In this document: one piece after another, positions 1 to 12,018 of the stretch
Position numbering within the stretch: position 1 is the stretch's first letter
Layout: each line of letters begins with the position of its first letter
Assembly: GCA_963675245.1 (NCBI GenBank)
Contig: OY775910.1
Span: 64,001-128,000 of the forward strand
Direction: 5' to 3'
DNA: 64,000 nucleotides
Source: Acholeplasmataceae bacterium
GTDB lineage: Bacteria; Bacillota_I; Bacilli_A; Acholeplasmatales; Acholeplasmataceae
Made by a program: the position numbers and the translations under genes
The notes under the pieces: generated by a model
Told to the model about the DNA's origin: nothing
Seen by the model: the letters and a program-made list of their open reading frames with translations, nothing else
The model's database searches: none

Positions 1-565
1 CTTGTTGTGTACGCATCGTACCAAACATTGTTCGTTGATCAACATTAATCACACCATCACCATGACATCTCGAACAGATTTCAATATCTTTAGAAGACTC
101 TGCACCTGTGCCATGACATGCATGACATGTTTCATCAACATCGACTGATACATTCTTTTTTGTACCTAGTGCCGCTTCCATGAAATCCACTGTCATTATT
201 TTCTCTAAATCTTCACCACGTGATGGACCATTATAGTTTTGTGATCTTTGTCTGCCGCCACCAAAAAATTGAGAGAAAATATCGCCGAAGCCACCCATAT
301 CAGAAAATCCTTGGCCACCGAATCCTCCGGTACCACCAAATGGACTACCTTCATGGCCATATTGGTCATAGGTTGCCTTTTTCTGTGGATCTGAAAGCGT
401 ATCATAAGCCTCTTGAACTTCTTTAAATTTCGCTTCCGCATTAGTCTCTTTAGAAATATCTGGATGATATTTTTTTGCTAAAGTACGGTATGCTTTTTTA
501 ATGTCGTCGTTAGACGCACTTTTATTGACGCCTAATACGTCATAATAGTCTCTCTTGGTTGCCAT
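1..565 (-). CDS. dnaJ: Chaperone DnaJ (5' part; runs off window start)
   Basis: Manual translation from ATG at 565: [36 protein letters not shown] (J-domain HPD), G/F-rich region, CxxCxGxG zinc-finger repeats; GGAG RBS; directly downstream of dnaK. Absent from the ORF track because truncated. Confidence 0.97.
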   Translation of the reverse strand, partial: MATKRDYYDVLGVNKSASNDDIKKAYRTLAKKYHPDISKETNAEAKFKEVQEAYDTLSDPQKKATYDQYGHEGSPFGGTGGFGGQGFSDMGGFGDIFSQFFGGGRQRSQNYNGPSRGEDLEKIMTVDFMEAALGTKKNVSVDVDETCHACHGTGAESSKDIEICSRCHGDGVINVDQRTMFGTMRTQQ

Positions 566-585
566 AGCATCATCTCCATAGGCAA

Positions 586-604
586 TAAGGGGCAATGCCC
601 CTTA
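586..604 (-). other. Intergenic stem-loop between dnaK and dnaJ (mRNA stabiliser or partial terminator)
   Basis: TAAGGGGC-AAT-GCCCCTTA perfect 8-bp stem; no strong U-tract on the minus strand. Confidence 0.6.
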
Positions 605-609
605 CTGGT

Positions 610-3001
<2,392 letters not shown>

Positions 3002-3012
3002 GTTCTTTTCCT

Positions 3013-4026
3013 TTATTTTTTATAGAGTTTTGCAAGATTACCTGCGATATATTCAATAAGTGGAATAACTTTGTTATATTCCATTCTTGTTGGTCCTACA
3101 ACTGCGATGGTGCCATGTTCATGTTCTGAGACACGATAAGGTATTGAAATAACGGTGCAATTTTCCATTGGAATCATATTTAAATCCGATGAAAACTTTA
3201 CAGATAAAGAATCCCCTTCACCAATTAATCTAAGTAAATCTCTGCGATCTAACATATCAACAAAACTCTTAATGTTTTTCACATTGTGGAATTCTGGTTG
3301 AGTGAATACATTGGTCATGCCTGATAAATAGAAATTATCTTCTGCAAATCTTGAAAATGCATTAATGAATGATTCAATAATTTGATTTTGATATTCCATA
3401 AATGAGTCAATTTCTTTTTTCGCTAATGTATTTTTCAAGATAAGATTCGCTTCGCCAATCGAACGATCTTTCAGTAAATCATCTAACGTCTTAATCACTT
3501 TTCTAACATCCTCAACGCCGCCACCTTCTGGGATGTGAATGTGCTGATGTTGTACATGCCCTTGATCAGTTACAATCAAAATAACTGCTTCATCGTTTGA
3601 GACGGGAATAAAATCGATTCGTTTGATGAGATTTTTCTGTGCACTAGGTCCGATTGCCATCGCTGTATAATTTGTTAAATCTGATAATAATACAATGGCT
3701 TTTTCAATGGCTTGTTCTCTTGCCATTTTATTTTTATAAAAGATTTCATCAATCAAAGGATATGAATCTTGGACCTTTGAATCACGTGTTACTAAATGCT
3801 CGACATAATAGCGATATCCGAGTTCTGAAGGAACACGTCCACTTGAAGTATGGGTTTTTTCAAGATATCCTAGATCTTCTAGTGCCGCCATATCATAACG
3901 TAGTGTTGCAGATGAAAAGTTCAAATATGGTAGTTGTGTTAAATATTTTGAACCTACTGGTTGCGCATCTTTAACATAAGCTTCTATTATCGCTTTTAGG
4001 ATTAATTTTTGCCTACTTGTCAACAT
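3013..4026 (-). CDS. hrcA: Heat-inducible repressor HrcA
   Basis: MLTSRQKLILKAII, PVGSK, SSATLR, HTSSGRVPS, VVGPTRMEY; start at ATG 4026 with AAAGGAG RBS. Confidence 0.97.
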   Translation of the reverse strand: MLTSRQKLILKAIIEAYVKDAQPVGSKYLTQLPYLNFSSATLRYDMAALEDLGYLEKTHTSSGRVPSELGYRYYVEHLVTRDSKVQDSYPLIDEIFYKNKMAREQAIEKAIVLLSDLTNYTAMAIGPSAQKNLIKRIDFIPVSNDEAVILIVTDQGHVQHQHIHIPEGGGVEDVRKVIKTLDDLLKDRSIGEANLILKNTLAKKEIDSFMEYQNQIIESFINAFSRFAEDNFYLSGMTNVFTQPEFHNVKNIKSFVDMLDRRDLLRLIGEGDSLSVKFSSDLNMIPMENCTVISIPYRVSEHEHGTIAVVGPTRMEYNKVIPLIEYIAGNLAKLYKK

Positions 4027-4038
4027 GCAATCACTCCT

Positions 4039-4065
4039 TTTGCACTCGATCTTACTTTGTGCCAA
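4039..4065 (-). promoter_or_regulatory. CIRCE element 1 (HrcA operator)
   Basis: Minus strand TTGGCACAA-N9-GAGTGCAAA versus consensus TTAGCACTC-N9-GAGTGCTAA. Confidence 0.85.
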
Positions 4066-4069
4066 TACT

Positions 4070-4098
4070 ATTGTATGATAAACATTTGGCACTGTCAA
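4070..4098 (-). promoter_or_regulatory. SigA promoter of the hrcA-dnaK operon
   Basis: TTGACA (4098-4093), 17 bp spacer, TACAAT (4075-4070). Confidence 0.8.
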
Positions 4099-4112
4099 GT
4101 ATTTTGTGCTAA
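4086..4112 (-). promoter_or_regulatory. CIRCE element 2, overlapping the -35 box
   Basis: Minus strand TTAGCACAA-N9-CAGTGCCAA. Confidence 0.8.
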
Positions 4113-4133
4113 TTCCCACATTTTAATGTATCT

Positions 4134-4158
4134 AAACAAAAAGCCCTAAAAAGGGCTT
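4134..4158 (-). terminator. Intrinsic terminator
   Basis: AAGCCCT-TTTT-AGGGCTT followed by TTTGTTT on the minus strand. Confidence 0.7.
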
Positions 4159-4172
4159 CAAAATTATCATTA

Positions 4173-5378
4173 TCAGACATGATATGCAATAAGTGCTTTT
4201 TTCATCACATCATTGACAAATATTGATTTTGCATCATCATATGCATCTTGATTGTATTTATGAATATCAGCTAGGTCAAGTTTAAGTGCTTCGTATTCTT
4301 TTGCCAAAACAGGATGTGCATTTAAGTAATCTCTAAAATATATCTCATTACAATCATTTTTATACCGTAAATGAACATGAAATACATCTCTAGCAAAACC
4401 GTGTTTAGTATATCCTTTATTTAAAGAGATTCTGCTCTCAGATTGATCCATTATTCGATATCCTATTTTTTCCATCATTTGTGCAATTTCAATGATATTT
4501 TTTCTACCATCAATAATGATCAGTATATCAATGATATTTTTTGCTTGTATATCATTAATTGCCGTACTGCCAATATGTTCAATCCGCTTCACATTTTTTC
4601 TTGTCATATGATTGAAAATGTATCTTTTTTCACGTGCAAAACGTCTTGTCCATGCATTTTTATGTGGAACTAAAAATACAGGAAATAATTCCCAAAATTC
4701 TTCCATTGTCATTTGATCAAGAGGTTTATTGTCTCGAATCACATTTCTGATTAGCATGGTCGTTGATATGAGAATTGCAATCGACCCCATAATTAAACCT
4801 AATATCGCATTGTAATTAAATGTTAAACTACCGTCATTAGTGACAAATGTAATAATCGCGCTTTGTGTGACTGCAATGGCAACTAGTGCACTAATGAGCG
4901 TTACTACTTTACGTGCTGTAAGTAACGAATCTCTTAAATAATACGACTTTATTAATCCTCTAATAGCGACGCCTAATTCAGTAAATGATACAATAGCAAT
5001 CCCTAAGCTTAATACCATGCCATAATTAAATTCATCGACCTCAATATAAAATTGACGAATCATATAAAATGAGTAAATAATTGAACTTACTAGTAATGTA
5101 CTATACATCAAAACAACATACTTTTTTTCTTTAGTAGCAATCAAGTTTGATCTATTTACACCTCTAAAAAATAATTGTACTGTTAAACCTATACCCAAAG
5201 AATAAAAGCTAGATACGATCAAGAAGTATGATGAAATATAAAAAGCAGCAATTATTTTAAAAGCTGCCGCACCAAAATTAGTCACCATAGCCACTAAGGC
5301 TAATTTATGGTTTCTTGTTTTAAAATCAAATAAATTATATTTAATTAAGAACTGTTTAATCCGTTTAAATATGATCAT
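4173..5378 (-). CDS. Fusion of a multi-TM membrane domain and a GrpB/UPF0157 nucleotidyltransferase-like domain
   Basis: First ~210 aa contain ~6 hydrophobic helices; C-terminal half has EHIGSTAI..AKNIIDI, HVHLR, FRDYLNAHP..EYEALK, typical of GrpB. Confidence 0.8.
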   Translation of the reverse strand: MIIFKRIKQFLIKYNLFDFKTRNHKLALVAMVTNFGAAAFKIIAAFYISSYFLIVSSFYSLGIGLTVQLFFRGVNRSNLIATKEKKYVVLMYSTLLVSSIIYSFYMIRQFYIEVDEFNYGMVLSLGIAIVSFTELGVAIRGLIKSYYLRDSLLTARKVVTLISALVAIAVTQSAIITFVTNDGSLTFNYNAILGLIMGSIAILISTTMLIRNVIRDNKPLDQMTMEEFWELFPVFLVPHKNAWTRRFAREKRYIFNHMTRKNVKRIEHIGSTAINDIQAKNIIDILIIIDGRKNIIEIAQMMEKIGYRIMDQSESRISLNKGYTKHGFARDVFHVHLRYKNDCNEIYFRDYLNAHPVLAKEYEALKLDLADIHKYNQDAYDDAKSIFVNDVMKKALIAYHV

Positions 5379-5396
5379 AAATTGAACCTATGATTT

Positions 5397-6011
5397 TTAT
5401 TTTAATTGTTTTGCCCATTTTTTATAATATAAATTTTTCTTTTGTTCATCTCGAATAATTGTGAAATCATCATGTCCTGGATAAACTTTTGTATTGCCTG
5501 GCAACTCACATAATTTAATGACACTTCTTCTAATCTCTGACAAGCTTCCAGAATATAAATCATGTCTACCTACATCTTCTTTAAAAAGTGTATCACCAGA
5601 AAACAATCTAGTTTGATATAAAAAAGAAAGTGATCCTGCAGTATGTCCTGGTGTAAATATGACTTCAATAAATTGATCTGCAAGTGGAATTTTATCACCA
5701 TCATTTACGAATCGGAAGTCAAGTTCTTTTCGTTTATAGGGGTGTGTTTTTGGTTCATACCCATTATAGTTGTCTTCAAACAGTAAATGGGCATCTTTTT
5801 CATGCATATAAATCGGTGCATTAAATTCACCGATTAGATCAACGTGATCAGCATGTGCGTGCGTCAATAAAATGCCTGTTAATCTTCGATTATCGATACT
5901 TTCTGTGATGGTTTCATAATCATGAGAGGGATCAATTACCACACAACAATCAAATCGACAAAGTACATAACAATGAGCATAATCATTACGCTCTTTAATA
6001 ATTTTAAACAT
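5397..6011 (-). CDS. MBL-fold metallo-hydrolase (glyoxalase II-like)
   Basis: THAHADH, TPGHTAG, FSGDTLF, YPGH motifs. Confidence 0.9.
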   Translation of the reverse strand: MFKIIKERNDYAHCYVLCRFDCCVVIDPSHDYETITESIDNRRLTGILLTHAHADHVDLIGEFNAPIYMHEKDAHLLFEDNYNGYEPKTHPYKRKELDFRFVNDGDKIPLADQFIEVIFTPGHTAGSLSFLYQTRLFSGDTLFKEDVGRHDLYSGSLSEIRRSVIKLCELPGNTKVYPGHDDFTIIRDEQKKNLYYKKWAKQLK

Positions 6012-6021
6012 GGCTAGTTAG

Positions 6022-6045
6022 AAAAAAAACTATTCGGAAGAATAG
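6022..6045 (-). terminator. Terminator after rpmG
   Basis: CTATTC-TTCC-GAATAG then T8 on the minus strand. Confidence 0.55.
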
Positions 6046-6046
6046 C

Positions 6047-6196
6047 TTATTTCTTTTCCTTGTGATTGGTATGCTTCTTGCAAGTTGGGCAATACTTGTT
6101 CATTTCAAGGCGTTCTGGTTTTGTCTTTTTATTTTTATCTGTATGATAGTTTTCATTGCCACATTCGGTGCAGACCAATTTAACGAGATCTCTCAT
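6047..6196 (-). CDS. rpmG: 50S ribosomal protein L33 (zinc-binding C+ form)
   Basis: 49 aa [52 protein letters not shown]. Confidence 0.97.
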   Translation of the reverse strand: MRDLVKLVCTECGNENYHTDKNKKTKPERLEMNKYCPTCKKHTNHKEKK

Positions 6197-6330
6197 GTTA
6201 TCCCTCCAGACATACGCAAACATTATACCAAAGTTAGATAAATATTTCAACGCTTTTAAGTGTTTTTTAAGTTTAAGTAAAAAACTATATTTTTTACAGG
6301 TTTTCACTTATAATGAATGTGGTGATAAAT

Positions 6331-7410
6331 ATGTTACAAAGAGAAAAGACAAGACAATTTCATGTCGGAGATTTAGCTTTTGGTGGAAACAATAAAGTCT
6401 ATATTCAAAGCATGACAACGACGTATACAAAAGATGTCAAAGCAACCGTCGATCAAATCACAAAGCTCTATGAAGCAGGTTGTGAGATTGTAAGAGTTGC
6501 TGTTTTAGATATGGAAGATGCAAAATCATTAGGTGAAATTAAACGGCAAATCAAGATTCCATTAGTTGCAGATATTCACTTTAATTATCAATTGGCACTT
6601 GAAGCAATTAATCAGGGTGTTGATAAGATTAGATTGAATCCTGGAAATATTCCAAAACGTGAACAAGTTGAACAGGTAGTTGCAGCATGCAAGGAAAAAC
6701 ATATTCCAATACGTATTGGTGTAAACTCCGGATCACTTCCTGGCCGTGCTGAACCAACTGCTGAACTGATGGTTGAAACAGCGAAACATCATGTTGACAT
6801 TTTAGAATCAATGGATTTTTATGATATCGCGATATCTTTAAAAGCAACAGATATGAATTTAATGGTTGCTGCTAACAGATTAGCTGCTAAAACATTCCCT
6901 TACCCACTTCATTTAGGCGTCACTGAAGCAGGAACAGCATTTTCTGGTGCCATTAAAAGTGCCATGGGTATCGGTATTATTCTTTCAGAAGGTATTGGAA
7001 ATACGATCCGTGTATCATTAACTGATAATCCTGTATTAGAAATACAAGCAGCAAAAGAAATCCTAAAAAACCTTGGTTTAAAAGACAAAGTACCTAACTT
7101 GATTTCTTGTCCAACATGCGGTCGTATTCAATACGATATGATTGATATAGCAAAACGTATTGAACAATACTTGCTTAAGGTTAATAAAACAATCAATGTT
7201 GCCATTATGGGATGCGCCGTTAATGGACCTGGTGAAGCAAAACATGCCGATATTGGTGTTGCTGGTGGCAAGGGTGAAGCACTTCTATTTAGAAAAGGTG
7301 AAATCATTAAAAAAATCAAAGAAGCCGATGTTTATGATGAACTCATTAAAGAAATTGATCAATTTGATGATTCAATCAATTCACAAAAATTATCTATGCA
7401 TGCTGATTAA
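6331..7410 (+). CDS. ispG: HMBPP synthase IspG/GcpE (MEP pathway)
   Basis: [53 protein letters not shown]; start at 6331 behind GGTGA. Confidence 0.97.
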   Translation: MLQREKTRQFHVGDLAFGGNNKVYIQSMTTTYTKDVKATVDQITKLYEAGCEIVRVAVLDMEDAKSLGEIKRQIKIPLVADIHFNYQLALEAINQGVDKIRLNPGNIPKREQVEQVVAACKEKHIPIRIGVNSGSLPGRAEPTAELMVETAKHHVDILESMDFYDIAISLKATDMNLMVAANRLAAKTFPYPLHLGVTEAGTAFSGAIKSAMGIGIILSEGIGNTIRVSLTDNPVLEIQAAKEILKNLGLKDKVPNLISCPTCGRIQYDMIDIAKRIEQYLLKVNKTINVAIMGCAVNGPGEAKHADIGVAGGKGEALLFRKGEIIKKIKEADVYDELIKEIDQFDDSINSQKLSMHAD

Positions 7411-7618
7411 TATTCATCGTAGATATTTCAGAAGAAAAACTATTGATAGTTTACCAATTTGTATTTACTTACAAACTTCATCATGATGTAAACAGTTGCA
7501 TTTAAGTCTTTATCATTACGTTTCGACGATCATTTCTTTAAGTTCATTCAAATAAGGTAAAACACATGATTTATTGGACTTACCGATTGACTGTGATGTT
7601 AGATGATATTTTCAATTC

Positions 7619-7643
7619 AATGAGGGTTTATCCTCATTTTTTT
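7619..7643 (+). terminator. Terminator between convergent ispG and GH3 units
   Basis: AATGAGG-N6-CCTCATT followed by a T-run. Confidence 0.55.
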
Positions 7644-7733
7644 GTTATAAACAAAGCATTTTATGAGCACATTAATTGATTTACCATACATTTACTTCAA
7701 AACACATAGTTTCTCAATTATTGAAAACAAATA

Positions 7734-8141
7734 TCATGATTGCTTAATTATCGCTTTTTCAGTGGTTATGAAACTAGAAATAATAGTAAATATAATGCTT
7801 AAAATGATGAAAATGATAATTGTAATAATCATACCTATATTTTCAGGATGACCAAACATGACGATATTATTTGCATAATCTACAATTGATCCAAAGACTT
7901 CATCCATCGTTATAAAAGCACCTAAAGCAATAGTGGAAATAATACCTACACCTATGATAATCCAATCATTATCATAAAATAATCGTAATGTTTCTATGAT
8001 GACTACTAGAATGATAAACAATAAAGCAAGTACACTCAAATAACCATAAACAATATTTAATATGAATGCAACCAAAGCACAAATTCCAGCATTAATTAAA
8101 CAAAAGAATCCAAGCTTTTTTTGTAGAAAATATTTCTTCAT
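7734..8141 (-). CDS. Hypothetical 4-TM membrane protein, co-transcribed with the GH3
   Basis: Four hydrophobic segments; starts 1 bp after the GH3 stop. Confidence 0.75.
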   Translation of the reverse strand: MKKYFLQKKLGFFCLINAGICALVAFILNIVYGYLSVLALLFIILVVIIETLRLFYDNDWIIIGVGIISTIALGAFITMDEVFGSIVDYANNIVMFGHPENIGMIITIIIFIILSIIFTIISSFITTEKAIIKQS

Positions 8142-8142
8142 A

Positions 8143-11100
8143 TTATTCTATTCCCCCTTTTTTGATATATGTATAAAACACAAACATCGTAATTGCACCA
8201 ACGGTGAGTAGGCTTATCGTGCCTAAAGTAACATATAATCCAATTTGCCAAACAGGGGTTACTTTTTCAATGATTGTTGTTGAAGTTATACCATTTGTTA
8301 GATTACTATGTGCATACATATAAACGGTATTCTTAAATGCTTTACGCAATGCATTAAGGACATCGCCATTATCAAATGTGTTAATTACAGAAGTCACATG
8401 TCTACCAGCATCACCTCGATCAAAACAAAAATTATCAGTACCAGCTAATATACACTCGATATAGTGTTGTTGATATGTTCCGATGCAAGCATCAGAAATA
8501 ACAGCACCTTCAAAACCCCATTCCTCTCTTAAAATTGACGTATTTAACGCATAACTTTGACCACTATATGTCACGCCTTGACGCGTAAATGATTGCATAA
8601 CATAATGAGCATTCGCTTTGTCGTTTCTTAAAATACTTTCAAAACCTCTAAGAGAACCCTCTCTCATTGCTTGTTCCGTATAGAATATACTGACACCTTG
8701 TCGATATACTTCCCAATCATTATTTGCAAAATGCTTCGGACCAGCAATCACTCCTGTTGACTGCAGTGCACCTAGTTTTATTTCTTCAACAAGATAAACA
8801 ACAAAAGCATCTTCTGAATCATATTCTTGGTTGCGTCCACTAAAAGGTGTTCGTTTCAAGTTTCCTCCGCCTGTGAAGGTTGCAGATACACGACCAAACA
8901 GACATTCTTCACCCATCAATCGACCACGATTTTCTTGTAGTGTTTTATTCCAAGTTGCAGCTAAAACTTGTGTATATAAGTTGAAAGGTCTAATCAAATC
9001 CTCATCATTATCAACGGTTTGTTCTCCATAACCCAATACTGAAGGAAATGATTCTCCCAGACTATCATCGCCATCTCCACGATTAGCAAATGGTAAAGTG
9101 ATTGCTGCAACTGCCGGACTACTTCCATTATCTTGAAGTAATAACGATAATTCATTAATTGTAAGTTGATGTAGTAATGACTCCCAAAGAAGTTCATCAT
9201 TATATGCAACACCAACCATATCGATAAATGATAACCCACTATATAAACCTAAAGAGATATCGCTTGCTGACAATGATGACGTTGTAACATCATATGTATC
9301 TCCACTTAATGCTTTTAACATATCTTCGCCAACACATCTAACGTTTACAGCAGATATAGGAAATGTACCTGACCAATCTTGTCTTGTCAGATAAGTTACC
9401 GTATCCCCTGTTTCCCAATAATTATAATCACTGTCTTCAAACTGATTTCTAACACGAATACCGGTTGAATCAGTATAAGCATATGAAAATGTATCTGGGG
9501 CACTATTTAAAGCAGGAACACCTTGTGTAATTTTATAGACACTATCTTCATTTGCAGTGTATGTAGCACCATTTTGATCATAGAGACCAGTATATCCCTT
9601 AAACCCTAATATGTTATTCAAAGCTTCATGTGCACTATTACCAACAGAAAAGTAATAATCTCCACCACTAAGTATATAACTTTCAGTATTTGCATAATCA
9701 TAACTAGCGAGAAGATATCGCTCAACTGGGATAATAATATCAACTGATTCGTTAGGATTAAGTAGATCAGTCTTATCGTACGCGACGAGTTGAATAGAAG
9801 ATTTTTCAACCAAATAAGTCTTTTCATATTCACCATATGGTGTTTGAGCATAAACCAATACAGCTTTTTTACCAGATACTGAACCTGTATTTGTTACAGT
9901 TACTGTAACATCATAATAACCAGTTGATGAATCATAACTCACATGTTTAATTTCTTGTGTAAATGTTGTATATGACAACCCAAACCCAAATGGATAACAC
10001 ATTTCATCTGCATAATTCCATGAACCATTTGATTTAAATGCGCCAATTGCAGAATTCGCATCACCTTGTCTCATAATCACATCTTCATATCTGGTTTCGT
10101 AATATTTGTATCCAACATAAATATTTTCTTGTTGAACTGAAACCCATTTAACTGAAAAGTCCGAACCATCTTCATTATCAATAGCAGATATGACTTCATC
10201 AACGTTAGACCATGTTGGTGTATTATTAGCGGCATTTACGATTGCTGGCGAAGATAATGAATCGGAAGCCCAAGTGTCTGTTAATTGGCCAGATGGATTT
10301 ACAGAACCATTTAAAATGTTTGCTAGCCCTTTAAATCCTTCAGTACCTGGTGTACAAATCCAAAGAGCGGCGTCCACATCATAATCATTAAACCAATCTA
10401 ATTCCATGAAATAAGGTGAATTAATAATGACGATAACTTTAGATATGTGACCAGCATCTTTTTCATTTTTTAAAAGGTTAAATAAATCTCTTTCACGTGC
10501 ATGAAGTGCTAGTGATGAAATAACTTGATCATCAATATCAGTTTCAGATACAAACATATCCGTCCCCTCACCTGCTTCTCTGGCAAGCATAACTAGTGCA
10601 ACATCTCCTTGCCAAGTATCTTCATAACCATTTAGAAATGAAATGTCTTCTTCTGTTATACCAGAACCTTTCGTTCTCCTGTCAATGGTTTTGATAGATG
10701 AGTTTAAATAATGATTCCAAAGTGTTTCATTTATTGCAAAACCACCGTAGGTCAAACCTTCTTTTAAATCTATCATATATTCAGGATTATCTGTGTATAA
10801 AGAAGTACCTGCTGATACTGTATGATAAAGTGGATCAACAGAAGCATGTCCAAATGTTGTAATACGTTCGCTATTAGCATCTAACGGTAGGGCATTATGC
10901 TCATTTCTTAGAAGAACGAACCCCTCTTCACCTTCTTTAATGGTTTGTTCATAAGTATCTGAAATCAATACACGAAGATTGTCTGGTGTAAAATCACCAT
11001 AATTGCTTTTATAATAAATTGTATCTGAATTTTGATTACCTGTGTCAACAACTCTGCTTGTGGAAACGCCTAAATAAGCATTGATTTCTGTTGCATAATC

Positions 11101-11187
11101 TAAAGCAATAATTGTAATAAAAATTGAAATAACAAGAAAAACTGATAGCAATGTTGATATTCCGCGCCAAATAAATTTATGTCTCAT
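8143..11187 (-). CDS. GH3 beta-glycosidase, permuted domain order, N- and C-terminal TM anchors
   Basis: EGFVLLRNE, NPSGQLTDT, YPFGFGLSYTTF precede TIM-barrel motifs GRNQEYDSED, KHF, LREEWGFEGAVISD (nucleophile Asp present). Confidence 0.92.
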   Translation of the reverse strand: MRHKFIWRGISTLLSVFLVISIFITIIALDYATEINAYLGVSTSRVVDTGNQNSDTIYYKSNYGDFTPDNLRVLISDTYEQTIKEGEEGFVLLRNEHNALPLDANSERITTFGHASVDPLYHTVSAGTSLYTDNPEYMIDLKEGLTYGGFAINETLWNHYLNSSIKTIDRRTKGSGITEEDISFLNGYEDTWQGDVALVMLAREAGEGTDMFVSETDIDDQVISSLALHARERDLFNLLKNEKDAGHISKVIVIINSPYFMELDWFNDYDVDAALWICTPGTEGFKGLANILNGSVNPSGQLTDTWASDSLSSPAIVNAANNTPTWSNVDEVISAIDNEDGSDFSVKWVSVQQENIYVGYKYYETRYEDVIMRQGDANSAIGAFKSNGSWNYADEMCYPFGFGLSYTTFTQEIKHVSYDSSTGYYDVTVTVTNTGSVSGKKAVLVYAQTPYGEYEKTYLVEKSSIQLVAYDKTDLLNPNESVDIIIPVERYLLASYDYANTESYILSGGDYYFSVGNSAHEALNNILGFKGYTGLYDQNGATYTANEDSVYKITQGVPALNSAPDTFSYAYTDSTGIRVRNQFEDSDYNYWETGDTVTYLTRQDWSGTFPISAVNVRCVGEDMLKALSGDTYDVTTSSLSASDISLGLYSGLSFIDMVGVAYNDELLWESLLHQLTINELSLLLQDNGSSPAVAAITLPFANRGDGDDSLGESFPSVLGYGEQTVDNDEDLIRPFNLYTQVLAATWNKTLQENRGRLMGEECLFGRVSATFTGGGNLKRTPFSGRNQEYDSEDAFVVYLVEEIKLGALQSTGVIAGPKHFANNDWEVYRQGVSIFYTEQAMREGSLRGFESILRNDKANAHYVMQSFTRQGVTYSGQSYALNTSILREEWGFEGAVISDACIGTYQQHYIECILAGTDNFCFDRGDAGRHVTSVINTFDNGDVLNALRKAFKNTVYMYAHSNLTNGITSTTIIEKVTPVWQIGLYVTLGTISLLTVGAITMFVFYTYIKKGGIE

Positions 11188-11482
11188 CGTTTTACACTTT
11201 CTTTGAAATAGTCTTTAGTCATTGAAGTTTGTATTATTTTTTATCCTTACATAACATTTTAGCTAACATTAAACTAATACTCAACTGCATATGTGAGTCA
11301 TCCAATATGGTTCATAGACTATATTATATGATTTATTTATAAACCAAAATATCAAAAACCAACTGTTAAAGAATTATATATAAATAATTGTTTTTGATAT
11401 AAAATATTGTGAAATAGAATTGTCAAATAATTGATAACTTAAAGTAATAAGAATATATCTTTATCTAGTCAATATTTTTCAA

Positions 11483-11746
11483 CCAATTGATAAATTAGGT
11501 GCCAACCTTTTCTTTCAACTCATCGCAATGAGATATGAGAAAAGGCCTACCATCATTACGACGAATATACCACTATCAAAATGGGGTGAAACATTCTCAG
11601 ATGCCACACTGGCATCAGCGATTCTTGATTGCTTGGTACACCATTCTGTCGTCATCAAGATTACAGGTAAGTCTTATCGTCTTAAAGGCAAAATTGATTC
11701 GTCAGAACGCGCTTCAAAATCACTCAATGATGATGGCGCGCTATAG
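11483..11746 (+). pseudogene. istB: IS21-family IstB ATPase, C-terminal fragment
   Basis: In-frame PIDKLGANLFFQLIAMRYEKRPTIITTN..WGETFSD..AILDCLVHHS..ITGKSYRLK; no N-terminal Walker A part; the usual DRL motif reads DCL. Confidence 0.88.
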
Positions 11747-11769
11747 CACTTTATAACCGCCTTTATACA

Positions 11770-11816
11770 ACATTTTCAAATCGCTTTTTTAATACATTTT
11801 CAAAACGCTATTGACA
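11770..11816 (+). mobile_element. IS21 right end with two internal repeats
   Basis: ACATTTTCAAATCGCT (11770-11785) and ACATTTTCAAAACGCT (11794-11809), ending ...TTGACA at 11816, just downstream of istB. Confidence 0.8.
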
Positions 11817-12011
11817 TTTGTTTAAAAAACTCTCATAATCTTTTGGTCTCTTTGCAAAGTATTTTTCATTGTAATCATCTAGAATTAATTTATAGTTAGG
11901 TGTTATTTCAAATGGATCGTTAAAACTACTAACTCTTGAATAGACAAAGCAAGAGTATAAAATGTTATCATAAATATAATCATCACATTTTCTATACTTG
12001 TATAGTTTCAT
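11817..12011 (-). pseudogene. DUF2971-like gene, N-terminal fragment truncated by the IS21 insertion
   Basis: MKLYKYR..N..L...S.VSSFNDPFE N-terminal signature; the ORF's last codons TGT CAA TAG come from the IS end. Confidence 0.65.
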
Positions 12012-12018
12012 AATTGAT

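Noticed and set aside
205..441. ORFs 205..441 (-) and 220..426 (+)
   Set aside because: Off-frame or antisense to dnaJ, which occupies 1-565.
4027..4119. N-terminal extension of HrcA in the ORF track
   Set aside because: It overlaps the promoter and both CIRCE boxes; the RBS supports ATG 4026. Similar over-extensions were trimmed for rpmG, MerR, PadR, flavodoxin, thioesterase and NUDIX.
7160..7486. 108-aa ORF overlapping the ispG 3' end as a possible frameshift extension
   Set aside because: IspG is complete in its own frame; the alternative frame has no recognisable motif.
11421..11440. TGTCAA as the IS21 left end
   Set aside because: Not followed by the AGCG.TTTGAAAATGT repeat seen at the right end.
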